From Eledone cirrhosa (lineage: Eukaryota), in assembly GCA_964016885.1 (NCBI GenBank), contig OZ024741.1, positions 276,272,001 through 276,336,000 of the forward strand: a DNA stretch of 64,000 bases, written 5' to 3'. Position 1 is the stretch's first letter, and every line of letters starts with the position of its first letter. Of the stretch, positions 28,924 through 42,438 are shown one piece after another. Position numbers and translations under genes: made by a program. The notes below the pieces were generated by a model. The model did not search any database, had not been told where the DNA came from, and worked only from the letters and a program-made list of their open reading frames with translations.

Positions 28924-29757
28924 CTACAAATCAAAAATTGGCATACAGTCAAAAACATGCTAAGTTTTAATAGCTTCTGATTTAGGCACAAGGCCAACAA
29001 CTTTGGTGGGGAGGGGAAGTCGATTAAATCGACCCCAGTGCTTACTGGTACTTTATTTTAGCGACCCCGTAAGGATGAAAGGCAAAGCTAACCTCAGTGG
29101 GATTTGAACTCAGAACATAAAGGGCCATAATTTAGTGCCACAAAACGTTGCCCGGCACTCTACCGATTCTGCCAGTATACCACCCTTAATCAAAACAATT
29201 GTTTCTACTTTTGGCACAAGGCCAGCAATCACTCCAGTACATTACTGGTACTTTATTTTATCGACGCCATAAGGATGAAAGACAAAGTTAATCTTGGCAG
29301 GATTTGAACTTGGAATGTAAAGTGCCATAACTCCTATGCTGCAAAGCATGGTGTCTGACGCTCTACCGATATTGCCAATCCAACTGGATATTATAGTCAA
29401 AGACCACAAAGAATAAAAGTGTGTTCTAATCAATGTATCTATTCTCGGGTCTTGAATAATTGCCCCAACCCCCCATTAATTTTTTAGACTCAGCCCACTC
29501 CGCCTCCACTTTGCTTATTAAATTTTGCTAATCTATCTCCAGCAAAATTTTATTTTAATTTTCTTTAGACATGGCAAAAAAAGTACATTACTAGAAATCC
29601 CATACGTTATAAAATAAATATGATGGGTTGGAGTCTCAATATGTAAGCTAAATGACTAAGTCTGGTTTTTTTTTAAATCATCAGAGACAACCTAGAAAAA
29701 TTACCGATTTTCAAACACATCCACTTATTCCAACTACTATTATTTGGGACCCAGCAG

Positions 29758-30025
29758 TATCCCCACAGATGAAAATATATCCACCAAGAAAATTGGGAAA
29801 TTATCCAAATATAAAGATCTAGAGGTAGAAATAACCCATATATGGATGACGAAAACAGAAACAATCCCTATAATAATAAGTGCTCTGGGAATGATAAAAA
29901 AAAAACCACTCAGTCAGATACATAACCAAAACCTCAGGACATACAAACATATAGAGCATACAGAAAATAGCATTACTAGGCACTGTACACATATTAGGAA
30001 GTGTGCGCTCAATACAATAAAAATA
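29758..30025 (+). mobile_element. R4/Dong-type RLE LINE 3' fragment
   Basis: KLSKYKDLEVEITHIW..TIPIIISALGMIKK, then IQKIALLGTVHIL in a shifted frame. Confidence 0.75.
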
Positions 30026-30164
30026 TTTATTTTGGTCATAAACTGGCCCTGTAGAAAAATAGAAAAATACTAGGTAACAGAAATAAGATGGCTCTTCTTT
30101 GATATAGCCAAAGACCAACTTATCTTGTGGTGTTGTCTTATATATATATATATAGAGTGAGATA

Positions 30165-30915
30165 ACACTGCCAATCACTCCAATGATACAGCCAGTGACT
30201 TAAAACTGCCATGGCACAGCCAGTCATTCCCATGACACAGCCAGTGATGACTAAAACTGCTGTAACACAACCTGTGTGTTAAAACTGCTGTGGCACAGGC
30301 AGTCATTCCCATGACAGCCAGTGATGGCTAAAACTGCTGTGACACAGCCAGTCATTCTCATGACACAGCCAGTGATGGCTAAAACTGCTGTGACACAACT
30401 AGTGACAGTTACAACTGCTGTGACAGCCTGTCACTGTTAAAACTGCTGTGATGGCAAAAACAGCTGTGACACAGCAGTTATAGGCTGACATACAACCATT
30501 GGCAATGAAATGCTGTAACACAGCCAATCACTCCCTTGACACAACCAGTGACAGCTAAAACTACCATGACACAGCCAGTGATAGCTAAAAGTGCCATGAC
30601 ACAGCCAGTCACTCCCATGGCATAGCCAGTGACAGCTAAAACTGCAGTGACAGAGCTAGTGACAGCTAAAACTGCTGTGACACAGCTAGTGACAGCTAAA
30701 ACTGCCGTGACACAGCTAGTGACAAGCTGACACTGCTAGAGATAGCTAAAACTGCTGTGACACAGCTAGTGACAGCTAAAACTGCCGTGACACAGCTAGT
30801 TACAGATAAAACTGCTATGACACAGCTAAAACTGCTGTGTCAAAGCTAGTGATAGCTAAAACTGCCAAGACACTGCTGGTGACAGCTAAAACTGCCGTGA
30901 CAGCTAAAACTGCCA
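30165..30915. repeat. Degenerate approx. 30-bp minisatellite
   Basis: Unit gacacagc(t/c)agtgacagctaaaactgctgt. Confidence 0.88.
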
Positions 30916-31013
30916 TGGTGGAAGGTTTTTAGAGAAAAATAAACAATTTGTAAGATAGATGATAGAGCTAGGGGTGGTGGTTCAGTATCAAAAGAGTTTA
31001 ACTGATTTCTTAC

Positions 31014-31096
31014 TTATTTTCAACAGAAACCTCCTCATCTTCCATACCAAAATCATTGATGACATTTGAATTTTTAGGTAGCTCTTGGATCTGAGC
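31014..31096 (-). CDS. UBLCP1: UBLCP1 coding exon 3 (acidic linker)
   Basis: tctag|...|gtaaga; AQIQELPKNSNVINDFGMEDEEVSVENK; phases match both neighbours. Confidence 0.9.
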
Positions 31097-31346
31097 CTAG
31101 AAAACAAAAACAAACAAAATAGTCAACTGTTAAAAAGATGTTACATTATTCCTGGCTGCTAACATAGGTAGAAATCTTTAAATAAAGAATTAATCTAGGT
31201 GTAAAATATTTACTCAAAACTTTATACATACATACATACACATTATATATATATATATATATAAAGCAACCATGCCCTTAAATTGAGATTTTGGCATAAG
31301 TTGAACACGTTTTATCATGCTAGTATGGAAAATAGATGCTAAATTA

Positions 31347-31390
<44 letters not shown>

Positions 31391-32238
31391 TCTTTTCCAT
31401 TATAAAGCATGAAACTAATAAAATATTGTTTTTGTAATTCTGTTTGTCATTTCCTTGAAACACACACACACATATATATACATATGCGATATCACAGCAT
31501 CTTAGTGGATACTTTGAGGATCTAAGATCAAGGGTATACAGGAGAGGGTGGAGCATGGCCTATTATGTAATAGAGTTGTAGCCACTGTAGATAATAATAG
31601 CTTTGGCTTTATTATATAGAAACTAATATGACAGCTGCAGCTTGATAACATCTAGGTAGCTATTAGGTTGTGTAAGTTGACTTTGGGAGAATAGGGGGAC
31701 CACATATGATTTGATGAATTTAGAGGGTGAGTAAGGTTTGTTTGGCAGGAGTCATGGGTACAGTTTAGGGTATTTGCTGAGACTGATTGGAGCAATATTC
31801 TCTTATTTTTATATTGTACTTATTTATCCCAATTTACTGGAATTGACATGTGATATGTATGGATGATAATTGCTGGGTGAAGGGGTGCCAGGAAATTTCA
31901 GTGGAAGGGAGCCACAGTAGAGAAAACCAAGAAAGACCTGGGCGAAGGTGGTGGGAACTGATCTTAAATCACTGAAGCTCACAGAGGAGATGATGAAGCA
32001 TGTCGCTGAATGTGTCTTTGCCAATCAGCTGGGTACAATTTAAGTAGACAGCGGAACCCGACCCCACACCATGGTACATACTTCTGACTTCCAGTTTTAA
32101 GAGGATGCGAGACAAATCTTCCTCTGGCTAGGTTACCATCTTATTGTAGTGATTCTCTTTGTCATCATGAGCAAAACTGACTCTAGTAAACACTGCAGAG
32201 CAACACCAGAACACTCGCCAACTTTTACAAGTGAAAAT

Positions 32239-32276
<38 letters not shown>

Positions 32277-32288
32277 CAGAAGGCTTAC

Positions 32289-32380
32289 CACAACATCTTC
32301 TCTAGAACCCATCATTATTATTTTGACATTTGGTTTGAGGTTTAAAGTTCCAAGTTGAATTTCATCATCTGGTGGTCGAC
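32289..32380 (-). CDS. UBLCP1: UBLCP1 coding exon 2
   Basis: ttcag|...|gtaagc; GRPPDDEIQLGTLNLKPNVKIIMMGSREDVV. Confidence 0.94.
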
Positions 32381-35300
32381 CTGAAACAGTAAATAGTTAT
32401 CATTACATTTATGTCAGCTTTACCATGCTGGCATGGGTTGGACAAGGCTCTCTTGAAGCAGTTTCTTTCCAAAGCAGAATGCATTTCCTGACATTGACCT
32501 TTAGTTTATTTGTAAAGTATGGTGTATGGTATATGCCACTCATCTTCATCAAACTACTACGCTGCAGGATATCTTATGCTTGTGTGGGACATAAATAAAA
32601 CTTCACTACAATATGAAGATGCATGGTGACAGACACAAACACACACAGAAACATACAGTGTACCCCCAGCATCTGCAGCCCCAGTTATTCGCGGAATTTT
32701 CCTGAGAACCTAACTAATAATTGTTCATGGAAACAACTGCATATTCGTGGAATCGTAAATATCTTTCACAATTTTTGTATGGTATTTTTCGAGGCAATAT
32801 ATATTTTTTTTACTAATAACGATATGCGCTATTTGCTGGCCTATATTTTACATCATATTTTGACATTTATAGGCATTTTTATGGACCACATCCAATATTT
32901 GCAGTTTTTCACTCTTCACAGGTGCTCTAGTAATGTACCTCCCATGAATACCAGGAGACAACTGTGTATGTGTGTGTGTGTCATTTCATTTTATGTCCAC
33001 TTTTCCCTGCTTGCAAGAGTGGGACGGGAACTGATTCTGGCTTGATTTCCACAGCTGGATGCCCTTCCTAACACCAACCTCATTTACAGTGAGTGATGGG
33101 TGTTTTTTTGCCGTGGCACCTCCACGACTACTTTGCAGTGGAATGATAGGGACCCCAGTCCCTATCATCTCATTTCTACAGCTGAGTAAACTGGAGCAAT
33201 GTGAAATAAAGCGTCTTGCTCAAGGAAACAACACATCACCTGGTCTGAGAATTGAACTCACAACCTTTTGATTGCAAGGTCAATGCTCTAACCACTAAGC
33301 CATGTGCCTCCATATATATTTCGTTTTTGTATTTATTTTGCAAGGTTTCTTATCTGAAAACATGTTGAAACATTGTTATACTTTGTTATGGTACCAATAA
33401 AAACACATAAATTGAAGTAAAAACCTCAGGACCGGCATAAACAGTGTAATAGGATTAAACCTGGAACACCCTGATTATGAAGTCAAGTTAAAAGCCACTC
33501 AGAATTCCATATTTGGCATGTTGTCTATGGATTTGAGACCCTTCCTAACACCATTTTTTTTTTTTTACAAGAGGCACTGAGCATGTTGTCTATGATTAAG
33601 ACCCTTCTTTCCAAGGTGCACTGAGCATGTCTGTGACTTGAGGCCCTTCCTTCCAAGGTATACTGAGCATGTCTATGACTTGAGGCCCTTCCTTCCAAGG
33701 TGTACTGAGCAGGGTTTTTTTATTATCCCCAGTACTGTCATTTTATAGAGTGGACTGGGTGGATGCATTTCATTGTGGCACCAACACTAGAGAGGTTGTC
33801 ACATACATGATCGTCCAGATTGAAAAGATCTCCAGTCTCTCAAGGATATCTATATAACAGCTAACTGGTCAACCCTTCTAGTAGGTCAAGCAAACGTTAA
33901 AAGACAATGACAATGGTGATGATGATGATGATAGTAGTTAACTCCATAAAAAAGTAATAGTGTTCTTATCCATAAGGCCACAGATCTAGTACATAAAGGT
34001 CCCTAGTTGAAACTAAAGAATATGATCACAGGTCAGACTGATCAAAGTATTATTTATATTATAATCTTTGTATGTTTGTAAAGATTATGTGTCCTATAAA
34101 CACATACAAAAACAAAACAAATAAACCCATTCTACTTGGTGTATTTTGTATTCTACATTGTGTTGGTTCAAAACAGCACAAACAAGAGGGTAAATAGAAG
34201 GGTAATGGCAGAACTAGGATGAGTAGAACTGTTGGGGTGAGACTGGGGTAGCAGAGACAGTGGTGGGGGGAGGGTGATGCGAGAAAAACAGTGGAGGGAG
34301 GTGGTGGAAGGATCTGACTGTGGTGGTGGGAGAGAGATGGAAGAGAATCAGTGATGGTGGGAGGGAGATGGAAGAGAAACAGTGATGGCAGTTACTGTGT
34401 TTGCTATTGAGAAAGAGAGAGATTGTGTGATGAATAGTGACACAGATGGTGAATAGTAATAAAATGATGGGCCTGGGTTGAGAGAGAGAGAGGAAGAGAG
34501 GGGGGCTGGCAACATAGAAAAGGTGGTGCTAATGTGTAATCCCGCTGAGGTTGACTTTGCCTTTCATCCTTACGGGGTCGATAAAATAAAGTACCAGTAA
34601 TGCACTGGGTAATTGCTGGCCTTGTGCCTAAAGTAGAAACAATTATGTAGGGAGAGATCCAATACAATCTTTGAGAGAGAGAGAGAGAGAATGAATGATA
34701 AGGATGATGATGGGAGGGGGAGGGATTGAATACTATAGTCACTTAAACATCAGACAATTTTATTTCTGGCATCAGAAAACATCCTTGATCACATGATTAA
34801 GCATCAAATGAGAAAATAGGGAAGGGGTAAAGAAGGGCAGATCTGGCTGTATGGGAAAGGATTATAAAAGCCATAAATGAGGGGAAAGCAAGGATTAGAG
34901 CGAGGGGCTCTGAGACTAGAGCGCAGCAGTATTGGGGCTGCGCCGTGGACAATAGCCTGTGCGACACCCGCTGCAACAGCCACTCCACCTCGCAGCGCTC
35001 CTTCCTCAGACAGGTGCATTACTTCTATTATAAATGATATTAACCCTTTTGATCCTAACATGGCCAAAAATGGCTCTGGTTCTATGAAACAAAACTAGTC
35101 AATTTAAAAGGTTTCTATTTAACCCTTTTATTACCAACCTAGCTAAAATTGGCTTTGGTTCTATGAAACAAAGCCACCTATTTTAAAGGGTTCCTATTTA
35201 TATTTAAATCTTCCAAGATAATTTTATATAAGAACCACGTGTTAAGGTACTATCTTGGTAATGAAAATAATTAATGATTTTAGTAAAGAATTCAAAATTC

Positions 35301-36758
35301 TTCATTAATTGATTGAAACAGAGTGTATTCCATGAAAAGGTTAATAAATGTTGGCTCTTTTAGTTATTCTTTATATCACTGATAAATATAGTTTATTTTA
35401 TTCCACATTAAACAGGACTGAGAGGTGGAGAGTAAGTTTGTTGGCAGTGGAGGATACTCATTCGTACGTCACTTTCGCACAAGATTTGAGTGCCTTTTTC
35501 AATCCATTCATTTCATATAATAAATAAGTTTTATACTTGAGAAAAAAAATGCTTATAATTATGATGTCAAGATATATGCATCATCATCATCATCATCACC
35601 ACCGTCGTCTACTTAACGTCCACTTTTCCATGCTGGCATGGGTTGGACAGGATGTTTTGAGTCAATATTTATAGCCTGCCAGATGCCCTTTCATGACGCC
35701 AACCTACTTAAAAAAGACGCAGGGATACAGTTTATCTATGCTTGTGAGGGCGCTTGGCTGTTCCAGCGCATAACCCGAGGTAACGCTGCGAGCGTGCTGG
35801 CTTGCCTCAAAAATTATTAGAGGTTTCCCAGTGCACCTCGCGATATTGTTATCTTTTGTTCTGGCAGCAGTTCGTTTGTCCACCCCTTTAACCTGCCTTT
35901 TGTTGTATGTGGTCCTAGATGTGTGCATTACCTGCTTGTGTTTTTTCTCTTTCTATTAGTAATATTATGTTGTATACTAACTAGGAAATAAATATTTTAA
36001 ATATTTCAAGTTTATCTATTCTGAAAACTGGGATGATACACACAGCATAGTTGCACATTCAATCAAATCCAGCCGAAGTTAACTTTGCCTTTCATCCTGA
36101 CGGGGTCAATAAAATAAAGTACCAGTAATGCACTTAGACAATTGCTGGCCTTGTACCAAAAGCAGAAAACAATTATTTCTATCAACTTAAAAAAAAATGT
36201 AATGATATTTCTTTGCGACAATCTTTTCAATAGTGTAAGTCAACGTCTGAAACCTGTAGATTCACTCATGTCACCATCACACCACCAACATACTCCACAG
36301 CAAAACAACAATCCTATTGTCTTTAGAACATTTCTATTGTATGGTCATAACCAATAGTTTTAAAATAAATTTTCTATAAATTATAATTTGATAATTGTTT
36401 CTAATTATAATTTGATAATGATAAATAATCGGATTTTGTCATTTTTTAAGATGTTAGAAACATTACAGTGTATAATTTCTAAGTCAACAATCTACAGTTT
36501 TGTATATATATATTTTCATTCAGATTTTATAATGAAATGCGGAGGTCAAGGACGATTTCTGACGCACGTATTCGGTGAGCTTTCACGTATTTCCCACCTA
36601 CAGAAAATATATGATTATATATTGAAATAAATATGCAAAACATGTTTATATCCTCATTTCTTACGAATGTTACAAGTCTGTACATTTAATTGTACCTACA
36701 TATTATCACCATAATAAACCTAACGATTAGTATTGATATAGTTTTTAAAAAATAAGAC

Positions 36759-36822
36759 GTGTCGACCGGGAGTTGAACCCGAAACAGTGTTTAGAAGGCA
36801 ACTGTGTTAACCCTTACTCCAC
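36759..36822 (-). pseudogene. tRNA-Gly(TCC)-like relic or SINE head
   Basis: gtggagtaagggttaacacagttgccttctaaacactgtttcgggttcaactcccggtcgacac aligns by eye to tRNA-Gly-TCC; 5' acceptor strand missing and anticodon arm mismatched. Confidence 0.5.
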
Positions 36823-38036
36823 TGAGGGAGCCTCGCAGTGGTCGTTCGATATGCTAGAAATAGCTGCCAAATCACCCCTCCCCCAAATTACACTCATCAT
36901 TTGGGATAATCACCGAATGAGAGAGCCTCGAAGTGGTCGCTGACCTGCTAGAAATAGTCACCAAATCTCTCCCCACAAAATTATACCGTTACCATTTTGG
37001 ATAATGACTGACGGAACCTCGAAGTGGACGCTCGATCTGTTAGAAATAGCTGCTAAATCTCTCATCCCCCACCTCAAATTACACCTTTACCATCGAGGAT
37101 AATGGCAGTCTTACAGACTCATAAAAGTAGGCATAGTTGCCACATCTGAAATGTGTCGTCGGTGACAGGTCTTGCTAGATAAGGGGCCGACCTACTGGAG
37201 ATAAACAACACTACCAACGACTGATAGTAATTCTTTCATTGTGTGAAAAAAAAAGGGAGTAAGAGTGGGGAGATAGATTTCATTTTTTTTCTTCTAAACT
37301 ATATATCTCCCATTACATGAAATGATAGTTTTGGAAAATTCTACGCCTGAAGAAACACGGAATGGAACACATACCAGACACGAACACAACATGAATCCAT
37401 GAAACAAGACCGTGGCTTTTCTAAATGATTTCTCTTTTGTTTGACATTTTTCCCTCCCTAATAAAAACATGTTTACATTTTCATCACTGATTAGGAGAGA
37501 TGCCCTAGGTTTATACTGTTAAATGACTCTAGGCTAAGAATTATTTCGATTTAAAGTTTTACCTTTTTATATGTAATTTAAAATGACAATTATAAGGAAT
37601 CGTGGGGGGGGGGGGGGTCCATATCAAATGCGGTATTTCTGATATAAATATCAAATGCACAACGATCTTAACTATATCCACCTCATATATATATTAACAT
37701 GTTGAGTTAAAATCTCACAATATTCCCTTATCAAATAAGCTTAAGGAAAAATGTTCAAGCTCTTTATTACACAGTAAAGAGAGAAGGACACACACATATA
37801 TATATGTGTATATATATATATATATTATATATATTTATTAATTACCAACACGAGTGTTAATTATATGCAAATTAGTATGTCTATTTCAAAATAATACTAA
37901 GAGCGAATGGGTACATACAAGGTAGGCCTTAAAATCGTGCAACAACACCTTATTAAATGTCTTGACGTATTAAATATATTAATGTCCATGTATGCTAAAT
38001 TGTTTTTAATGCTTTGGTGCGCGACTTACGGCCCAC

Positions 38037-38092
<56 letters not shown>

Positions 38093-39045
38093 ATATTATT
38101 TTATTCAGTGCACAAAGGAATTAATTTTTTATCTTGATTAATGTAACAATTATTTTCTAGCAAAAAGAAATCGCGTTGATGAAACTTCACCAAAAATGTT
38201 GGTGAAATCTCTCATCTTTCTTATTAAGATAAGAATATTTATTAAAACATTATTTACGTCATTTTAAGTCACTGTTTGGGGGAGCGAGCATCACACCTTA
38301 TTTTAATACATAGTAGATAGCAAATAAAACCAGTTGTTCCTTATTTTAAATAAAGGAGTTGAAAAGGGATGTTAAAGAATCGTTAATAGGACAAAGAAGG
38401 TGGGGGGGGGGATATTTTATAACTAATTTTAAACCGGTTAGAATGAATACAAAGGCTATTGAGACGGGGTTCTCCATACAGATTCGATTTTATTCAATTG
38501 TCCGTGTATATTACAAAAATACAAAATATCCTTATATCACTCAGTAAGGGGACCGACCCCCTTTTTGCTTACAATAGTGAGAATTGGAGAGAGCAAGAAA
38601 GACGGAGGCAGTGACGATGGGAACTTGATTCCTAATATATATATACATTATGTATACACACTTTATATATAAAATGTATACATACTTCAACAGCATTCTA
38701 ATCAAAGTATGTATACATTTTTTCTGGACATCGTGTGTGTGTGTGTATATATATATATGTATATTTATTTACTACACCACATATATACACAAAGATAGAG
38801 AGACTGAGAGGAACGGTTACAGCTTCATTTTTTCTTTCTTCTGCTGGTGGCTTGTTGGTGAGATAAGTGAGACTTTCAGATACATGTTATAATTGTGTAT
38901 ATAACATACACACACACACATATATATATACAGGGTGTCCCCCAAAATGAATACACACTTCAACAGCATCCTAATAAATATTGTCTGAACAGGTAATCAA
39001 AGTGTGTATACATTTTGGGGGGGGGACATCCTGCGCACGCACGCA

Positions 39046-39076
<31 letters not shown>

Positions 39077-39270
39077 CACAAATTTGATATAGAAATGGCT
39101 TCTACAGGACTACAACGGTTTCATTCGAAGGCTTTCCTGATGATTTCCTTCGAATGAAACATTTCAAGGCCTGTAAAAGCCATTTCTATATTAAATTTGT
39201 TGTTTACACTCTACTAATCTATTGAGTCCCTCACTTACTGTGGTTACCCCCGATTGAACCCGGGACTCAG

Positions 39271-39302
<32 letters not shown>

Positions 39303-39385
39303 TAGTTAAACAGGAAAAGATTTAAATGAAGAAAGCAACGTTAAAATAATATAAACATAGAACGGTAAAATCAATCTCTCCAAAC

Positions 39386-39548
39386 CTTTATAAGGTAATC
39401 CTAAAAGCTTCTGTCTGTGAGGGAGGACTCCAGTTAAGTTCTGTAGTTGAGACTTAAGGTCTCCGATACTGTTCGAATGTGTTAGATCAGTTAATTTGTA
39501 TTCGGTTCCACTCCAGCGAACACTGATTTCTACAATTGTATCTGCCAT
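39386..39548 (-). CDS. UBLCP1: Ubiquitin-like domain-containing CTD phosphatase 1, coding exon 1 (UBL domain)
   Basis: ATG at 39548; MADTIVEISVRWSGTEYKLTDLTHSNSIGDLKSQLQNLTGVLPHRQKLLGLPYK; donor g|gtttg. Confidence 0.93.
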
Positions 39549-39659
39549 CCTGAAGACAAGGCGACGATAACACAAGTGTTGGTGTGTATATATATATGTC
39601 TGTCTGTCTGTTTGCCTGTGTATATATGTTATTTAACAAAAACAAGAGGGAGGAGACAT

Positions 39660-39735
39660 CAATGAACTTCCGTTTGTAACACGTGACTGCTACTTCCGTC
39701 TAGCAACCATCTAATCAACATCACATACACGTGTT
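39660..39735 (-). promoter_or_regulatory. Probable UBLCP1 proximal promoter (2 ETS-type sites, 2 E-boxes)
   Basis: CGGAAGT (minus strand) at 39666-39672 and 39692-39698, GTCACGTG at 39680-39687, CACGTG at 39728-39733; 120-190 bp upstream of the ATG. Confidence 0.5.
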
Positions 39736-40084
39736 ATAATCAACCTCCATCTCAAAACAATAATGTTTTCTGATTTAGGCACGAGGCCAACAATTTTGAG
39801 GGAGGGGGAGAAGTCGATTAAATCGATCCGAGTGCGTTACTGGTATTGTATTTTATCGACTCCAGTGCGTTACTGATACAGTATTTTATCGACCTCGTAA
39901 GGATGAAAAGCAAAGCTAATCTCGGCGGGATTTGAACTTAGAACGCAAAATAATAATTGTTTCTACTTTTGGCACAAGGCCAGCAATTATACCAGAGTAT
40001 ACTGGTACTTTATTTTATCGACCCCGTAAGGATGAAAGGGAAAGTTAACCTCGGCGGGATTTGAACTCAGATCATAAAGGACAA

Positions 40085-40428
40085 AGCCCCCACCCAAACC
40101 CTCGGTCACTAATGACCATGGGATTTGCACCTAGAAAGTTTCCCTCCGAGGCACAAAAGTCTGGGCAAGGTTGTTTGTGGGAAACTACCAGTTGCCCATG
40201 CATACCAGTCTCTCCCTCTCCACGCCACCGATGTTGTCCAAGATAAAAGTAATGGCTGATATAGCTTGGCACCAGTGATATCGCAACTCATTTCTACAGC
40301 TGAGTAAACTGGAACAACGTAAAATTAAGTGTCTTTATCAAGAACAACGCAAACCCCCGTCTGAGAATCGAACGCACAACCTTACGATTGCAAGCCAAAC
40401 GCTCTAACCACTAAGCCATACGCCTTCA
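40085..40428 (-). mobile_element. tRNA-derived SINE with the same head but a different tail (copy at 11275-11590, +)
   Basis: A/B boxes, ttcttga..aagacact core, shared tail gcatgggcaact..aaactttctaggtgcaaatcccatgg. Confidence 0.8.
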
Positions 40429-41174
40429 CTAATAATTGTTTCTACTTTAGGTACACAAGGCCAGCAATTTTGGGGGAGGGGACAGTCGATTAAATCGACT
40501 CCAGTGCATTTCTGGTACTTTATTTTATCGACACTGTAAGGATGAAAGGCAAAGCTAACCTCGGCGAGATTTGAACTCAGATAGTAAAATAATAATAAAG
40601 GTTTCTCATTTAGGCAAAAGGCCAGCAATCTTGTGGAAGAGGAAAGTCGATTAAATCAACTCCAGTGCGTGACTGGTACTTTATTTTATCGTAGGGATGA
40701 AAAGCAAAGCTAATCTCGGTGGGATTTGAACTCAAAACGCAGAGGGTCATAACTTTGTGCCACAAAGCATATTGTCCGACGCTCTACCGATTACTGCCAA
40801 TCCACCGCCCTTTCAAAACAATAATCTCATACATCCCTCACCCATAACCGTTCTTTTAAAGAATGCATATCTTCTTCCTTTACCCATACTGCAACTGTGA
40901 GAATCTATGTGAAACCCTTATCATATAAATACTCAAACATTAACACACCTGGTTATATAATTACACATGCTTATCTGGCATTAAAACTACTACAAATATT
41001 AATTCAAACACACACAAAATCCCTCTTGTCGTTCGTTTCCCCATTTACGCACTATACATATATGGTGATTACTTCATCTTTGCAGACGATTGACGTCTCC
41101 CTGTGCATCCCCACCAGCCGCCACCAACTCCAAACGTCCGTTCATGGCCTCTTGTGTGGTTTTTAAGTCCGAAT

Positions 41175-41543
41175 AGGCTATGTAGCCGGTAAACCCTAAA
41201 GGAACGTAACACACATATCGTTATAGTGTTTCACCAGCCACTTCCTTCTTCAATCATTCATAGATGTGTGTATATGTAATAATTATTTTGTATAATGTGC
41301 CTATGAATATGTATGAGTAGATGTGTGTACGTGTGGGTTTGCACTTTTGTTGTCTGAACCTGCTTATGTATTTACGTGTAAATGTGTGTAACAAAAGCGT
41401 AACATACGTTGCGAATGGACAACTAAAAGATTTTAACTTTTGATTTTAACAATTGATTTTGGAAAAGATTTCAAATTGTCTTAATTCCGATCGTAAAAGG
41501 CCGCAACTCGTAGTGTCTGACACTCTTACCGGCTACATAGCCT
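41175..41543. mobile_element. TIR element with a perfect 18-bp inverted repeat, superfamily unresolved
   Basis: aggctatgtagccggtaa / ttaccggctacatagcct; no clear TSD. Confidence 0.55.
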
Positions 41544-42438
41544 GGAAGTTTATTTTACCGGGACCGGCTACATGGTCTCTTTTTTTTAAATCCGACTTTA
41601 GATTTGCACGGTCTGCAGCAAATGTGACGGACAAAAGATGTGCCGATGAAGTTTCGTTTCTATGTTTTTATTGATTATCGACCAGTACGTGTGTTTCTCA
41701 GATGGAAGCTTTGAACCGCCTCCAGCACCGATTTGCTCACCAGATTCAACAAAACATAGAGTTTGTGGTGATTTGTACACTATCGGCCCTATCGTTATTG
41801 TTACTAGTAATACTATTAATACTAATTGTTGTCCCATATTGGTGGTGGATTGGCAGTATCGGTAGAGGGTCGGATACCATGCTTTGACGCTTAGAGTTAC
41901 AGCCCTTGCCATTCTGAGTTCAAATCCCGCCGAGGTTAACTTTGCCTTTCATCCTTACGGGGTCGATAAAATAAAGTACCAGCAATGCACTGGCCTTGTG
42001 CCAAAAGTAGAAACAACTGTTGACAATGCTGTCTTCTCCCACTTATTCCGGAGAGGGGCGTGGGAGGAAGAGTCCTCAAATACGCCTTTCAGTAGGTCCT
42101 GTCAGAAGCAACCGTCTCCAACTGATCCTGTTGGGTCCTCAGGCGAGACCAGTCGATGTCATGGATGTTGGGCCTGTTCCAAAAATATATTTCTATCTCT
42201 ATTTCATGCCGCCAAAACTCGCAATGGGCCTCGAAATGTCCTGGGAGGCATGGGATAGACGCATCAGATTGCGTATCCCGAGACCCCAAAGAGGGTTCGG
42301 AAGGGAGCAAACCTTGACAAATGCTGTGTGATTGCCTAAAAAATTATTAGAGAAGCTCCGATGGCCATTGTTACGGTGTGTGCTTGTGTGGGTATTATCA
42401 CCGTTTTTTTTTCTTTTTATTTCCCAGCTTTTCTTCTA

